Part shown: positions 55,202 to 64,000 of the stretch, one piece after another | Layout: each line of letters opens with the position of its first letter | How positions within the stretch are numbered: position 1 is the first letter of the stretch | Virus record (IMG/VR): IMGVR_UViG_3300035701_000002 | Direction: 5' to 3' (one strand) | From: a virus | Length of the DNA stretch: 64,000 nt | Position numbers and translations under genes: made by a program | The notes under the pieces: generated by a model | Seen by the model: the letters and a program-made list of their open reading frames with translations, nothing else | Databases searched by the model: none | What the model was told of the DNA's origin: nothing

Positions 55202-55437
55202 CCCTCGGTCTTCACGACCATCTTCTCGATGGCCTCGATCGCGTCGAACGAGATACACGTGAGGCGCACCTTCTTGCCGGCCAGGGACTTGAGGAGCTCC
55301 TGCGTGGAGAAGGCCTTCCCGTCGTCGTCCACGACCACATACTCGCCGGTGGCCCCGTCCAGCACAACCTCGCCGTCGATGATGTTCCCGGCGTCGTACC
55401 CATAGAGGTTCCTATCCCGGGCGTTGTCGTAGTCCAT
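55198..55437 (-). CDS. hypothetical small protein (79 aa)
   Basis: Internal Met MDYDNARDR of ORF 55198..55710; the N-terminal Arg/Gly/Pro stretch is rejected. Confidence 0.35.
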   Translation of the reverse strand: MDYDNARDRNLYGYDAGNIIDGEVVLDGATGEYVVVDDDGKAFSTQELLKSLAGKKVRLTCISFDAIEAIEKMVVKTEG

Positions 55438-55454
55438 GGCCGGACAGTACGGGG

Positions 55455-55781
55455 TCAGCTCGCCATGACGAGCTCGGCCTCGAGGTCCCTGGCCTTGTCG
55501 CAGTCGTCGGCCAGAACCCCGTGGTAGCCCTTGTCGAAGCCGTGCCCCGTCCCGGGGGCGCCGGCGGGGATGGTCCTGTCGGCTAGCTCCTCCTTGCTGA
55601 ACTCGCTGACGTCGTCCATCCATGCCATGGCCACGGTGAGGCGCTTCTGGAAGTCGGACCACCCGTCCGGGAAGAAGACGCGCTTCCGGCACCCGGAGCA
55701 GCGGTGCCACTCCCCGGGCTTACCGGAGCTGCTCCTGGGGTCGGTGCCGCGCTCCTCGAACTTCCAGTCGTGCTCCGTCAT
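55455..55781 (-). CDS. small zinc-ribbon protein (108 aa), HDW/CxxC paralog, tail ELVMAS
   Basis: MTEHDWKFEERGTDPRSSSGKPGEWHRCSGC...DDC...EAELVMAS*. Confidence 0.5.
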   Translation of the reverse strand: MTEHDWKFEERGTDPRSSSGKPGEWHRCSGCRKRVFFPDGWSDFQKRLTVAMAWMDDVSEFSKEELADRTIPAGAPGTGHGFDKGYHGVLADDCDKARDLEAELVMAS

Positions 55782-55797
55782 CCCTGACGGTACACCG

Positions 55798-58713
55798 TCA
55801 GCTGCAGCCGGTCGTGTTCCCGCAGGACGTGCAGAGATAGCACGACCCGTTCCGCTGGGTGATGGAGCCGCACCGGCTGCACGGCGGGGCGTCGAGGCTC
55901 TTCACCCTGACGGACGTGTGGATCTCCACCTCCGTGTCGGACATATGGGAGAACTCTGGGCCGACCGGAGGAGCCGAAGACTGAGGACCGGAGTCCGCGT
56001 CCTTCGTGATGCCTTCCTGGATGTCCTTCTGGGCGTCAAGCTGCTTGAACCTGTCCGCGAGGCCGGAGTGCTCTCCCCCGTAATACCGGTCGTCGAGAAC
56101 CTTGAAAAGATAGTCGAAGATACTCTTGGCGAACCGGATGCGCGGGTTGTTCGTCATCCCGGCGGGCTCGAAGCGCGTGTCGATGAAGCTCGCAATCAGC
56201 TTCGGGAGCGGAATCCCGTACTGAAGGCCGATCGACATCATCTGCGTGAACGCGTCCACGAGGCCGGATATGGTGCTTCCGGGCTTTCCGAGCTTGAGGA
56301 AGACCTCGCCCGGGCGGCCGTCGGGGTACTCGTTGACGACGATGTAGCCCTTGTAGCCGTCGATCAGGAACTTGTGGCGCCAACCGGTGACGTCGGCGGG
56401 AAGCTTCTCCCGCCTCGAGAAAGCGACGGGCTTGGACTTTGACTTGGACTCAGCGTGGCCGATGGAGACAGTCTCATCCTGGAAGAGGGGGACGATGGCC
56501 GGAGGGACGGGCGTGGCGGAGGACGCCTTCGTGGAGAGCGGCTGCGAGGCCTTACAGCCGTCGCGGTAGAGGGCGACGCACTTCAGGCCGAGACGCCAGC
56601 TCTCCTGGTATATGTCGGCGATCTCCTCATGGGTGACGGTCTTCGGGAGGTTGACAGTCTTGCTCTGGGCGCACGTGATGAGGGGCTGGATTGCCGCCAT
56701 CATCTTGATGTGGGCCATCGGGGTGAGGTACCGGTTCGACGTCCCGGACGGCATCGCGCAGTCGAAGACCGGGAGGTGCTCGGACTTGAGGCCGGGAGCC
56801 CCGTCGATAGAGTCGGTGTCCTCGACGTGCTTGCAGATGGAGTCCATGGCGTCTTCGGCGTACCCGAGGCCGCGAAGGGCGTCCCGGACGCTCGAGTTCA
56901 CGAGCTTCATGGATCCGCCGCCGACGAGCGACTTGTACGAGACGAGGGAGAATGCTGGCTCGATGCCGGTCGTGTTCATCCCCATGAGGAACGAGATGGT
57001 GCCGAGCGGGGCCTGCAGAGTGGCCTGAGAGATGCTGTACCCGTACTTCTCGCCGAGAGCGATGACCTCGCTCCAGACATCCGCGGAACGCGAGGCGACG
57101 TCGTCGTCGACAGGGTCCTTCGACTGGTTCCAACGCTGGTTGATGGAGGAGTCGGCCTCCTTGTGCATCCGCATGACGCGGAGCATGTCGTCGCGGTTCT
57201 TGTCGTAGTCCGCGAACGCGCCGACCCTGGCGGCGAGCTTGGCGGACGTCACGTAGACGATCCCGGTCATGAGCGAGGCCATGCGGGCGGCGACGGCGCG
57301 ACCCTCGTCCGAGTCGTAGCCGTACCCGAGCTTCATCAGGAGAGCGCCGAGGTCCCCGTAGTTCGTCCCTATGGGGCGAAGCCTGGTGGAGTTCTCGGAG
57401 ATCTCCTTGGTCGGATAGTCGGCCTTTCCGACTATCGCCATCTGGGCCGTACTGAAGATGCGGGTCGCCTGATGGAACCTGTCGTACGAGAACTTGCGGC
57501 CGTCGAAGAACTTCGTCAGGTTGATCGCGCAGAGATTGCAGGCGGTGTTGTCGACGTGGAGGAACTCGGAGCACGGGTTCGACGCACGGATCTTCCCGTT
57601 CTTGGGCGTCGTGTGCCACTTGTTCATGGTGTCGTTGAACTGGACACCAGGATCGCCGCACGACCAGGCAGCTCGGGCGATCTCCGTCCATAGCTCGCGA
57701 GCCTTGTAGTTGTGCACGACCTTCCCGCTGACGCGCTCCTTGGTCTGCCAGGTTCCGTCGTCGATCACGGCCTGCATGAAAGCGTCGGGGATTGAGACCG
57801 AGTGGTTGGCGTTCTGGTACGCAACGCGCTTGTAAGCGCCGTTCGGGTCGTCGTAGTTCGCGCTATACCCGACAGCAACGAGATCGTGAGCGAGTTTCTC
57901 CTCGGAGGCCTTGCACCGGACGAAGCCAGGGCGGCCGTCCCTGGTCTCGAGGACGTCGGGATGGTCCATGTCCATGACGACCATCTTTGCCGCGTTGCGG
58001 GTCGCACCGCCGGACTTCATGGCGCCGGCGAACTGATCGTTCCCCTTCATGAAGGAAAGAGGGCCGGACGTATAGGATCCGGCCGAGAGCTTCTCGTAGG
58101 AGGAGCGGAGGTTCGAGAGGTTCGCACCGGAGCCGGATCCTCCGCGGAAGATCGTGAGCTCCGACCTCTGGTAGTTCATGATGTCGTCGAGCGAGTCGTC
58201 GACGGACGAAATGAAGCACGCGGAGGCTGCCTGGGCGCGCCCCGGTATCCCGAGGTTGAACCAGACGGGCGAGTTGAAGGCCCCGTACTGGTGGACGAGA
58301 GCGTACAGGAGCTCCTCCTCGTAGGTCCTGGCGTCCTTGTCCGTGTTGAAGTAGTTCTGCTCGACGGCCCAAGCGCAGATCGTGCGGGAGACTCGGAGGA
58401 AGATCTGCCTGACGGAGCTCTCCCGGACGCCGCCGATGACGCGGAAGTACTTGTCGGCGACGACGTTGACGGCGTTCTGGCTCCACCAGGCCGGGACCTC
58501 GACGCTCTTCTGCTCGAAGACAACGTCGCCCTTGGGGCTGCGGATTTCGGCATCCACGATCTTCCACTCGACCTGGTCGAAGGGGTGGACGCCCTCGGTG
58601 GTAAAGACCCTGGGCCAGTGGCCCGCGTCGCGCGACACTTCCTTACCGGCCTGATGTGCCCTCGGCAGATCATATACAGAAGCCGGTGAAACCGCGCTAG
58701 CGACGCTTGACAT
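55798..58713 (-). CDS. nrdJ: class II (adenosylcobalamin-dependent) ribonucleotide reductase with C-terminal zinc ribbon
   Basis: Active-site NPCSEF. C-terminal CSRCGS...CYLCTSCG. About 970 aa. Start placed at Met MSSVASAV to limit overlap with the upstream gene. Confidence 0.85.
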   Translation of the reverse strand: MSSVASAVSPASVYDLPRAHQAGKEVSRDAGHWPRVFTTEGVHPFDQVEWKIVDAEIRSPKGDVVFEQKSVEVPAWWSQNAVNVVADKYFRVIGGVRESSVRQIFLRVSRTICAWAVEQNYFNTDKDARTYEEELLYALVHQYGAFNSPVWFNLGIPGRAQAASACFISSVDDSLDDIMNYQRSELTIFRGGSGSGANLSNLRSSYEKLSAGSYTSGPLSFMKGNDQFAGAMKSGGATRNAAKMVVMDMDHPDVLETRDGRPGFVRCKASEEKLAHDLVAVGYSANYDDPNGAYKRVAYQNANHSVSIPDAFMQAVIDDGTWQTKERVSGKVVHNYKARELWTEIARAAWSCGDPGVQFNDTMNKWHTTPKNGKIRASNPCSEFLHVDNTACNLCAINLTKFFDGRKFSYDRFHQATRIFSTAQMAIVGKADYPTKEISENSTRLRPIGTNYGDLGALLMKLGYGYDSDEGRAVAARMASLMTGIVYVTSAKLAARVGAFADYDKNRDDMLRVMRMHKEADSSINQRWNQSKDPVDDDVASRSADVWSEVIALGEKYGYSISQATLQAPLGTISFLMGMNTTGIEPAFSLVSYKSLVGGGSMKLVNSSVRDALRGLGYAEDAMDSICKHVEDTDSIDGAPGLKSEHLPVFDCAMPSGTSNRYLTPMAHIKMMAAIQPLITCAQSKTVNLPKTVTHEEIADIYQESWRLGLKCVALYRDGCKASQPLSTKASSATPVPPAIVPLFQDETVSIGHAESKSKSKPVAFSRREKLPADVTGWRHKFLIDGYKGYIVVNEYPDGRPGEVFLKLGKPGSTISGLVDAFTQMMSIGLQYGIPLPKLIASFIDTRFEPAGMTNNPRIRFAKSIFDYLFKVLDDRYYGGEHSGLADRFKQLDAQKDIQEGITKDADSGPQSSAPPVGPEFSHMSDTEVEIHTSVRVKSLDAPPCSRCGSITQRNGSCYLCTSCGNTTGCS

Positions 58714-59665
58714 CCTTTGCCTCCTCAGACAGACGAACAATCTCAGATTCAAGGCCAAAGCGGACGAACGAGTCGCCGCGCTTGTGGGCGACATCGAGGT
58801 CGCAGAGAGCTTCGAGACCCGCCTTCAGCGAAGGCCGCGACCAGAGCCCCCCTCTGGCGATACGGATCTTACGGAACACGAAAACGGGAACGCCGAGAGC
58901 AGCCGAGGAAACGTCATCAGACGCCTTCTGGCCGAGAAGCAGCTCGAGCTTGAGCTGCTGAATGACGTGACGCTGCATGTATGCTATGACCCACCCGGTC
59001 TCGTCGCCGCCGTCCTGAAGCTTGTCGTAGAAGGCGAGCGCCCGCGCCGTGTGTCCTTCGCATACCGAATCCACTACTTCTTTCGGTGTGAGCTCCGTGG
59101 AAAAGCACATGAGAGGGCGGGCGTCCTCTGGAGAGACGACCGTCCCCCCGGGGACTGCCATGGAAATCTTTTCGATCTCAGAAGACAGCTTCCGGAGACT
59201 GCCTCCCGAGTTCACAAAAAGAGCACCCGCTATCCTGCTTAGATCTATGTTGAAGCGCTCGCCCTCTTTTGTGATCCAGCGCACCACGTCATTGTTGTCC
59301 GAGTAGGACTTAAGCTTCGGGAACTGAACGGAGCGGGCGGCCTTCGGGTCCTTCAGGACCTTCTTCCCGGAGACGACGATGAAAAGGTCGTCCCCGACGG
59401 CGGGGACGGGAGGAACATCCTTGGCGCCCCAGAGGATGAACGCCCGCTTGCACGGGTCGAGAGGGAAGGTCTGAGACTCGAACAGAAACCTGTCCAGGTG
59501 GCCCGGAAGATCGTATTCGAGCACCTCAGAGGAGAGGGACAGGACAGCCTCCTCTCTGGCCGCCCTCTCAACAAGGAATTCTTCTTCTCCGGATATCAGG
59601 ACGAGGGTCGACACGGGAGACGACCTTACAGCGAGACAGACATGCGGGCGGCGGCTCGCACCCAA
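58697..59665 (-). CDS. putative clamp-loader delta-like subunit (HolA-like)
   Basis: Size and position next to the delta'-like gene. Motif support is weak. Confidence 0.35.
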   Translation of the reverse strand: MGASRRPHVCLAVRSSPVSTLVLISGEEEFLVERAAREEAVLSLSSEVLEYDLPGHLDRFLFESQTFPLDPCKRAFILWGAKDVPPVPAVGDDLFIVVSGKKVLKDPKAARSVQFPKLKSYSDNNDVVRWITKEGERFNIDLSRIAGALFVNSGGSLRKLSSEIEKISMAVPGGTVVSPEDARPLMCFSTELTPKEVVDSVCEGHTARALAFYDKLQDGGDETGWVIAYMQRHVIQQLKLELLLGQKASDDVSSAALGVPVFVFRKIRIARGGLWSRPSLKAGLEALCDLDVAHKRGDSFVRFGLESEIVRLSEEAKDVKRR

Positions 59666-60417
59666 TGCGTGGAAGGGCTCACGGAGACGGAAGACGACAG
59701 CGTTGAGCAGAATGACAAGACGGCCTTCACGGACTCAGGTCGGCCCGCGGATGAGAGGGCCGCAAACCTGCACAGGTGGGAGACTACCGAACGGTCGTCC
59801 GGGTTCGAGATCTTCTCTATCGCGTCCGGGACGGGGGACTGGAACGGATCAACAGAACCTGATATGGACGCCACGACAAAGGCGAAAAGGTCCTTGTAGT
59901 AAGACTTGGAGTGAGTAAGGCTGTAGAGGCCCGGACGGCCTCGGACGATGCGGGCGAGATCATGGTCGGGAGGTTCTATCGTGGAGACGAACAGGTCCAT
60001 GTCCGGGACAGACAGCGGTGACCACCGGATGACACGGCTGAGCCGGGACCGCATGGCCGGATGAAGAAGGCCGTCGTCGGACGTTGTCACGACAATCCTC
60101 AAGGACGGAGGAGGTTCTTCAAGAAGCTTCAGATAAGCGTCCTGGGCTGGTTCCGATAGCGAGGACGCATCCTCGACGGCCAGAATCCTAAAGTCGCCAT
60201 GGACGGGCTCGACGAACGCAAAGTCTCGAGCCTCGCGGGCGCCGTTCGGGCCGGAGGAGGCGAACATCAGGTCCTGGTCGGAGGCCATGGACGGGAGCTC
60301 CTCCCTCAGGAACGAGGACTTCCCTATGTGCGGATCACCGGACAGGCACAGGACCTGAGTCCCTGATCTCAGTAGGTCCAGAAAGAGGCTCTGCTGCCGG
60401 GAGTTGCCGTATATCAT
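59626..60417 (-). CDS. clamp-loader delta'-like AAA+ protein (degenerate Walker A, SRxxR sensor)
   Basis: GDPHIGKSSF, LAVEDASSL, MRSRLSRVIRW. Confidence 0.5.
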   Translation of the reverse strand: MIYGNSRQQSLFLDLLRSGTQVLCLSGDPHIGKSSFLREELPSMASDQDLMFASSGPNGAREARDFAFVEPVHGDFRILAVEDASSLSEPAQDAYLKLLEEPPPSLRIVVTTSDDGLLHPAMRSRLSRVIRWSPLSVPDMDLFVSTIEPPDHDLARIVRGRPGLYSLTHSKSYYKDLFAFVVASISGSVDPFQSPVPDAIEKISNPDDRSVVSHLCRFAALSSAGRPESVKAVLSFCSTLSSSVSVSPSTHWVRAAARMSVSL

Positions 60418-60556
60418 AGGATGAGGGCAGGGGGCCGCCGATCTGGCGAATCTCCACGTGCACCTCGAAGATACAGCGGCAAGGCACGCACACCATCCGG
60501 TTGGCCCCTCCGACCTGAGTGAGGGAGGCCGAGCAAGTCGGACAGAAGAAGGTCAA
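60335..60556 (-). CDS. small zinc-ribbon protein (73 aa), overlaps the start of the delta'-like gene
   Basis: CPTCSAS...CVPCRC. Confidence 0.3.
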   Translation of the reverse strand: MTFFCPTCSASLTQVGGANRMVCVPCRCIFEVHVEIRQIGGPLPSSYDIRQLPAAEPLSGPTEIRDSGPVPVR

Positions 60557-60568
60557 GCGGCGTCCCCG

Positions 60569-60760
60569 TTATACCCCTACGAAGGAACCGCCCAGTGGGA
60601 CGTTCCAGGAGAAGCCGCACTTCTTGCACTTGAACGAGGCGACGGAGGAACCGGGCTGGCTGAGCTGGTAGGCCAGCTTGCTGTCGCAAGACTCGCCCTC
60701 CGTGAGCCGGTCAGTTCCGCGCTTGCACTTCACCATCACCTCGGGCTTTTCGTCGGACAT
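60569..60760 (-). CDS. small C-terminal zinc-ribbon protein (63 aa), TFIIS/RpoM-like ribbon
   Basis: VKCKRG...CDS...FKCKKCGFSW. Confidence 0.4.
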   Translation of the reverse strand: MSDEKPEVMVKCKRGTDRLTEGESCDSKLAYQLSQPGSSVASFKCKKCGFSWNVPLGGSFVGV

Positions 60761-60778
60761 GTGTTACACTACCGGGCT

Positions 60779-61120
60779 CTAGAACGAGCTCCTGTCCGAA
60801 AATGCTTCCCGCAGGCTGGCCGCAATGCGGCCGAGGACGTCGGAGTCCGGCTCGGACGGGAAAGCGCGGGGCTGAGGCGCGAACTTCTCCGCGACAGCAC
60901 GGATGCGGTCGAAGTCCTGGGACAGGACCGTCATCCTCTCGCCGTCCGGCATCGTCATGTGGACCAGCCATATGCCGTCCGGAGTGAGAGGAGCGTCCAC
61001 GCGGAGGACACCGAGCGCGAGCCGGAATACGTACCTAGGGAAGACCTCAGTGGCGCGCGAGACGGAGGCAAGCCCTATCCTCTGACCACCGAAGACGAAG
61101 TCCCTTACGGCCCCGTCCAT
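60779..61120 (-). CDS. hypothetical protein (113 aa)
   Basis: ORF with normal composition. Confidence 0.45.
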   Translation of the reverse strand: MDGAVRDFVFGGQRIGLASVSRATEVFPRYVFRLALGVLRVDAPLTPDGIWLVHMTMPDGERMTVLSQDFDRIRAVAEKFAPQPRAFPSEPDSDVLGRIAASLREAFSDRSSF

Positions 61121-61124
61121 GGGT

Positions 61125-62378
61125 TCACCTCGCGGCGATAGAGAGCCACCTCGCGGCGACCCTCGAGGCTACCTGAGACTGAGACTCCTCCCCCTCGGGC
61201 TGAGCCTTGCCCTTCTTCTCCTTCTCGGTCGGCTCCACGGGGGCGATCGCGCTGACGTCGACGCCCTCCTTCTTGAGCTTGTCCTCGAGGTTCTGGAAGG
61301 ACTTCTTGGCCTTGGGGTCGAGGAGGCCCTGCTGGTCCTTCCACTTCTCGCGGCCGTACTTGCGCTCGTCGAGGCCGCGCTGGTACTCGCCCTTCTCCTT
61401 CTCCTTCTTCTCGCGGAAGGACTTGACGTCCTTCGGGGACGTCTCGGAGAAGAAGGTGTCCCGAAGAACCTCGTAGTCACCCGGGGTCATGTGCTTGTCG
61501 ATGAAGTCCCAGATCTCGTTGAGGAGCTTCTTCCGCGTGTCTCCGACGAAGCCGGCCCACCTCTTGGCGTTCGCCTCATAGATCTTGACGCCCTCGGGCG
61601 TAGACATGAGCTTGTCCTTCAGGGCGGAAGCCTGGCCCATGTTCTCCTTGATGTCGGAGCCGAAGGTCCCGACATTCTCGTCGAAGACGAGCTGAAACAG
61701 GGCGCGGGAGGCCGGGGTCAGCGAGGACTTGAGCTCCGGGATGTAGCTGTCGATGAGGTCGATGAACTCCTTGATCGCGACCTTGTCGTCGAGAGCCTTT
61801 CCGAGGGGAGTGTCCGTAGGGGTCGGCATGCGGGCCTCGCCGCCCTCCGGAGCGCCGCCGCCCTCCGGGCGAGTCCCGAACGCCTTGTCGATGTCCTTCG
61901 TACGCTTCTGGGCCTTCGAATACCCCATCGACTGGGACATTCCGCGGAGGCGGATGTTCGAGTAGATGGCGCTGAGGGCCTCCTCCCACGTTGAGAAGTC
62001 CTTCTTGAAGTTCCACGGCGCGGGCGTCCTGCGGGGGACGCGAGCGGGCTTCCCGGACTCGGGATCCTCCTCATAGAGGTACTTCCCGGTCTCCGGATCC
62101 TTCTCGTACTCCGACCCGGTGGTGATGTACGTCAGGAAGTCCTGAAGAGCGTCCATCGACCTCTGCGGGTCGCTCTGGTTCTGCTTGCGCGAGATGGCCA
62201 TCATCTTGTGGCCGACCTGCGCGGGGTTCGCCGTGACGTCCTGGTCAGGATACTGCTTCTTCAGGATGTCGACGACAGCCTGCCCGAAGCCGGTCTCGAT
62301 GTCGGCGGAGAGACGGAACATGGCGAGGATCAGACGAACGGATGCGGCGATCCTGACGTCGGGCGTATGGGTGTCCAT
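61125..62378 (-). CDS. hypothetical protein (417 aa), KEKEK-rich C-terminus
   Basis: ORF with normal composition. Confidence 0.5.
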   Translation of the reverse strand: MDTHTPDVRIAASVRLILAMFRLSADIETGFGQAVVDILKKQYPDQDVTANPAQVGHKMMAISRKQNQSDPQRSMDALQDFLTYITTGSEYEKDPETGKYLYEEDPESGKPARVPRRTPAPWNFKKDFSTWEEALSAIYSNIRLRGMSQSMGYSKAQKRTKDIDKAFGTRPEGGGAPEGGEARMPTPTDTPLGKALDDKVAIKEFIDLIDSYIPELKSSLTPASRALFQLVFDENVGTFGSDIKENMGQASALKDKLMSTPEGVKIYEANAKRWAGFVGDTRKKLLNEIWDFIDKHMTPGDYEVLRDTFFSETSPKDVKSFREKKEKEKGEYQRGLDERKYGREKWKDQQGLLDPKAKKSFQNLEDKLKKEGVDVSAIAPVEPTEKEKKGKAQPEGEESQSQVASRVAARWLSIAAR

Positions 62379-62402
62379 CGCCTGAGAGGGACCAACAAAG
62401 GC

Positions 62403-63806
62403 CTAGGCCTCGGAGTCGCTCGACTCGCGAAGCTTGTTCATGGCGGAAGTGCGGACTCGATGGACCCGCGGGACCGGCTTCCCGACCATGTTCGCGTACT
62501 GGCGGACGGTCATGTCGCCAAGATCGACGTGGAGGAGAGCATGGGACTCCTCCTCGGTCAGGTCCGACTCCTCGAGGAGCCTGGCCAGGTCGTGGGCGTT
62601 CTCGAACTCGGAGAACTTGGACAGAGCCCGCACGTCCCGGATGACGCGATCGCCGCGCGACTCCTCGCCGTCGCCACCCTCCCAGGCGACGGACTCAGAG
62701 TCCGAGAACTCGGGGGAGACCGACTTGTTGAGGACAGAGCATGAAAGGTCGTCCGACCTGGCCATGCGCTTGAAGTCGTTGTACACCTCATGGTCAATGA
62801 CCATCTCAGCGTACTTGAGGAGCCCGGCGGTTATGCCGGGCTTCGGGCTTGTACGCATGATGTACTGGGGGCTAGCGAAGACAGTGTTCGTCTTCCTCCA
62901 GTCGCGGAGGAACCCCGCGAGCTGGGAGTCGTTCCAGCGGAGCTTGGCGGCCAGCACGGACGCCGACGGACCCGACCAGTCGTCGGCCAAGGACAGACCC
63001 CTGGAGCGCAGGAGTCCTATGCCGTGCTCGCAGCCGGGGCACGCGCTCGGGGGAGCGCCGATGACACCCTTACGCTTGCAAGCGTGCTCGGTAAGCTCGG
63101 CGGGGAGGAGGCGACCCTGCCGCTGCATGGACTGAAGGACCGAATAACGGCCGGGCTCGCAGCCCATGAGGCGAAGAACCTTGTCCGAGTCGATCGTGTG
63201 GTTCTGGATCGAATAGTAGTACCGCTCATAGTCGAAGCGGGCGAAGTCGAGCAGATCGCCGACCCGCCACATGGAGCTGTCGCAGGAGCGGACGCACCCG
63301 TGGCCCTTGACGAAGTTCTTGACGCAGCGATCCTCGTGGATGCGACGGACACCGTCATCGCCGATCCGGGCGAGGTGCGGCGCGCTCTTGGCGGGTCCTC
63401 CGCCGGCGATGTGGGCGCAAACGTCCGAGATCTCGGCTTCGGAGAACTGGAGGCGGTCGAGCTTCGTGCGGAGGCACGACCAGTTCACGACGTCCGCCGG
63501 ATGGAGGGACCCGACGAATACGATAGGGACGCGGCCTCCGAGGATGGACTCGGCCTGAGCCTTGTCCACGAGGTCCTCGCGCAGGTGCTTGAAGAACCAC
63601 CGGCCGATGAAGTCCTTCGAGATGAGCCTCAGACGGACGTTCTGGGCCGTGTCAAGGATCCGCTCCTTGTCCCTCTTGAAGTGCCTCGCAACCTTTCCGT
63701 GAATCCAGGGATGCCACTGGGTCAGGAACGTCTGGTTCGAGGGGACGGGGACAGGTACGAACGCGGAAAGACCTTGGTTCATCTTCATCCTCCATGCGGC
63801 AATCAC
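62403..63806 (-). CDS. sigma-70 region-4-containing protein (467 aa) with N-terminal Cys clusters; candidate phage sigma/transcription factor
   Basis: C-terminal LLHVDLGDMTVRQYANMVGKPVPRVHRVRTSAMNKLRE (r4 HTH). Cys clusters CVKNFVKGHGCVRSC and CPGCEHG. Confidence 0.5.
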   Translation of the reverse strand: MIAAWRMKMNQGLSAFVPVPVPSNQTFLTQWHPWIHGKVARHFKRDKERILDTAQNVRLRLISKDFIGRWFFKHLREDLVDKAQAESILGGRVPIVFVGSLHPADVVNWSCLRTKLDRLQFSEAEISDVCAHIAGGGPAKSAPHLARIGDDGVRRIHEDRCVKNFVKGHGCVRSCDSSMWRVGDLLDFARFDYERYYYSIQNHTIDSDKVLRLMGCEPGRYSVLQSMQRQGRLLPAELTEHACKRKGVIGAPPSACPGCEHGIGLLRSRGLSLADDWSGPSASVLAAKLRWNDSQLAGFLRDWRKTNTVFASPQYIMRTSPKPGITAGLLKYAEMVIDHEVYNDFKRMARSDDLSCSVLNKSVSPEFSDSESVAWEGGDGEESRGDRVIRDVRALSKFSEFENAHDLARLLEESDLTEEESHALLHVDLGDMTVRQYANMVGKPVPRVHRVRTSAMNKLRESSDSEA

Positions 63807-63912
63807 TTTGCCGACTGAGCGGAGTTACGCGGCGGTCTGAAAGATTTTCAGATCATTCGCGGGAAAAGCCACATTAGCACGCCGTGCATGACTTGACAAT
63901 ACCCTGCGGGGG

Positions 63913-63960
63913 CCGTCCACGGAGAGGCCTGTGGACGGCCTGTGGACGGCCTGTGGACGG
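63913..63960. repeat. three perfect tandem 11-mers cctgtggacgg preceded by an inverted partial copy (ccgtccacgg)
   Basis: Tandem copies at 63928-63938, 63939-63949 and 63950-63960. Inverted copy at 63913-63922. Lies in the non-coding region upstream of the 62403..63806 gene. Confidence 0.7.
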
Positions 63961-64000
63961 ACCTACGGGTTCAGGGCGACAGTCGACGACTGGGCCGGAG

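Noticed and set aside
55198-55710. Full 170-aa listed ORF
   Set aside because: The N-terminal 91 codons are Arg/Gly/Pro-rich and overlap the HDW-family gene 55455..55781. Only the C-terminal 79 aa from Met 55437 are kept.
56455-58689. Long plus-strand ORFs (412 aa, 295 aa) antisense to nrdJ
   Set aside because: Antisense artefacts. The minus frame carries unmistakable class II RNR motifs.

Overview
High-GC (~65%) double-stranded DNA phage or prophage segment, probably from a large (jumbo-type) phage. It is densely packed, and about 90% of genes sit on the minus strand, with a few short plus-strand islands.

Three blocks are recognisable from the protein sequences:
- 1-16.6 kb, accessory region: a frameshifted HNH endonuclease, an AsmA-like membrane protein fused to a GT51 transglycosylase domain, an amidase_2/PGRP endolysin-type amidase, a Vsr endonuclease, a 2H phosphoesterase, tRNA-Gln(CUG), a VWA-domain protein, a collagen-like protein, a tyrosine/dual-specificity phosphatase and many small ORFs.
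- 16.8-37.5 kb, head morphogenesis: HK97-fold major capsid protein, three paralogous Q-rich helical scaffold-like proteins, portal, large terminase, a putative small terminase, plus large unknown proteins, one of which carries Cys-triplet repeats.
- 37.5-64 kb, transcription and replication: two sigma-70 region-4-containing proteins, a NusG-like factor, FEN/5'-3' exonuclease, a DnaX-like clamp-loader ATPase, a DnaG-type TOPRIM primase, a sliding-clamp candidate, an orphan ABC-ATPase C-terminal half, a Cas4-like nuclease, SbcD/Mre11, a RecD-like helicase, a class II B12-dependent ribonucleotide reductase, delta/delta'-like subunits, and an NAD-dependent DNA ligase split into two genes on opposite strands.

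The most unusual signal is a dispersed family of at least 7 small zinc-ribbon ORFs. They share an H-D-W ... W-x-C-x-x-C core, and most end in a conserved C-terminal tail V-x-x-V-M-E-[S/T]-stop. The same tail also ends several unrelated small ORFs.

No CRISPR array, integrase or DNA polymerase catalytic subunit was seen in this window. All calls are from reading the sequence and the supplied ORF translations. No database search was run.
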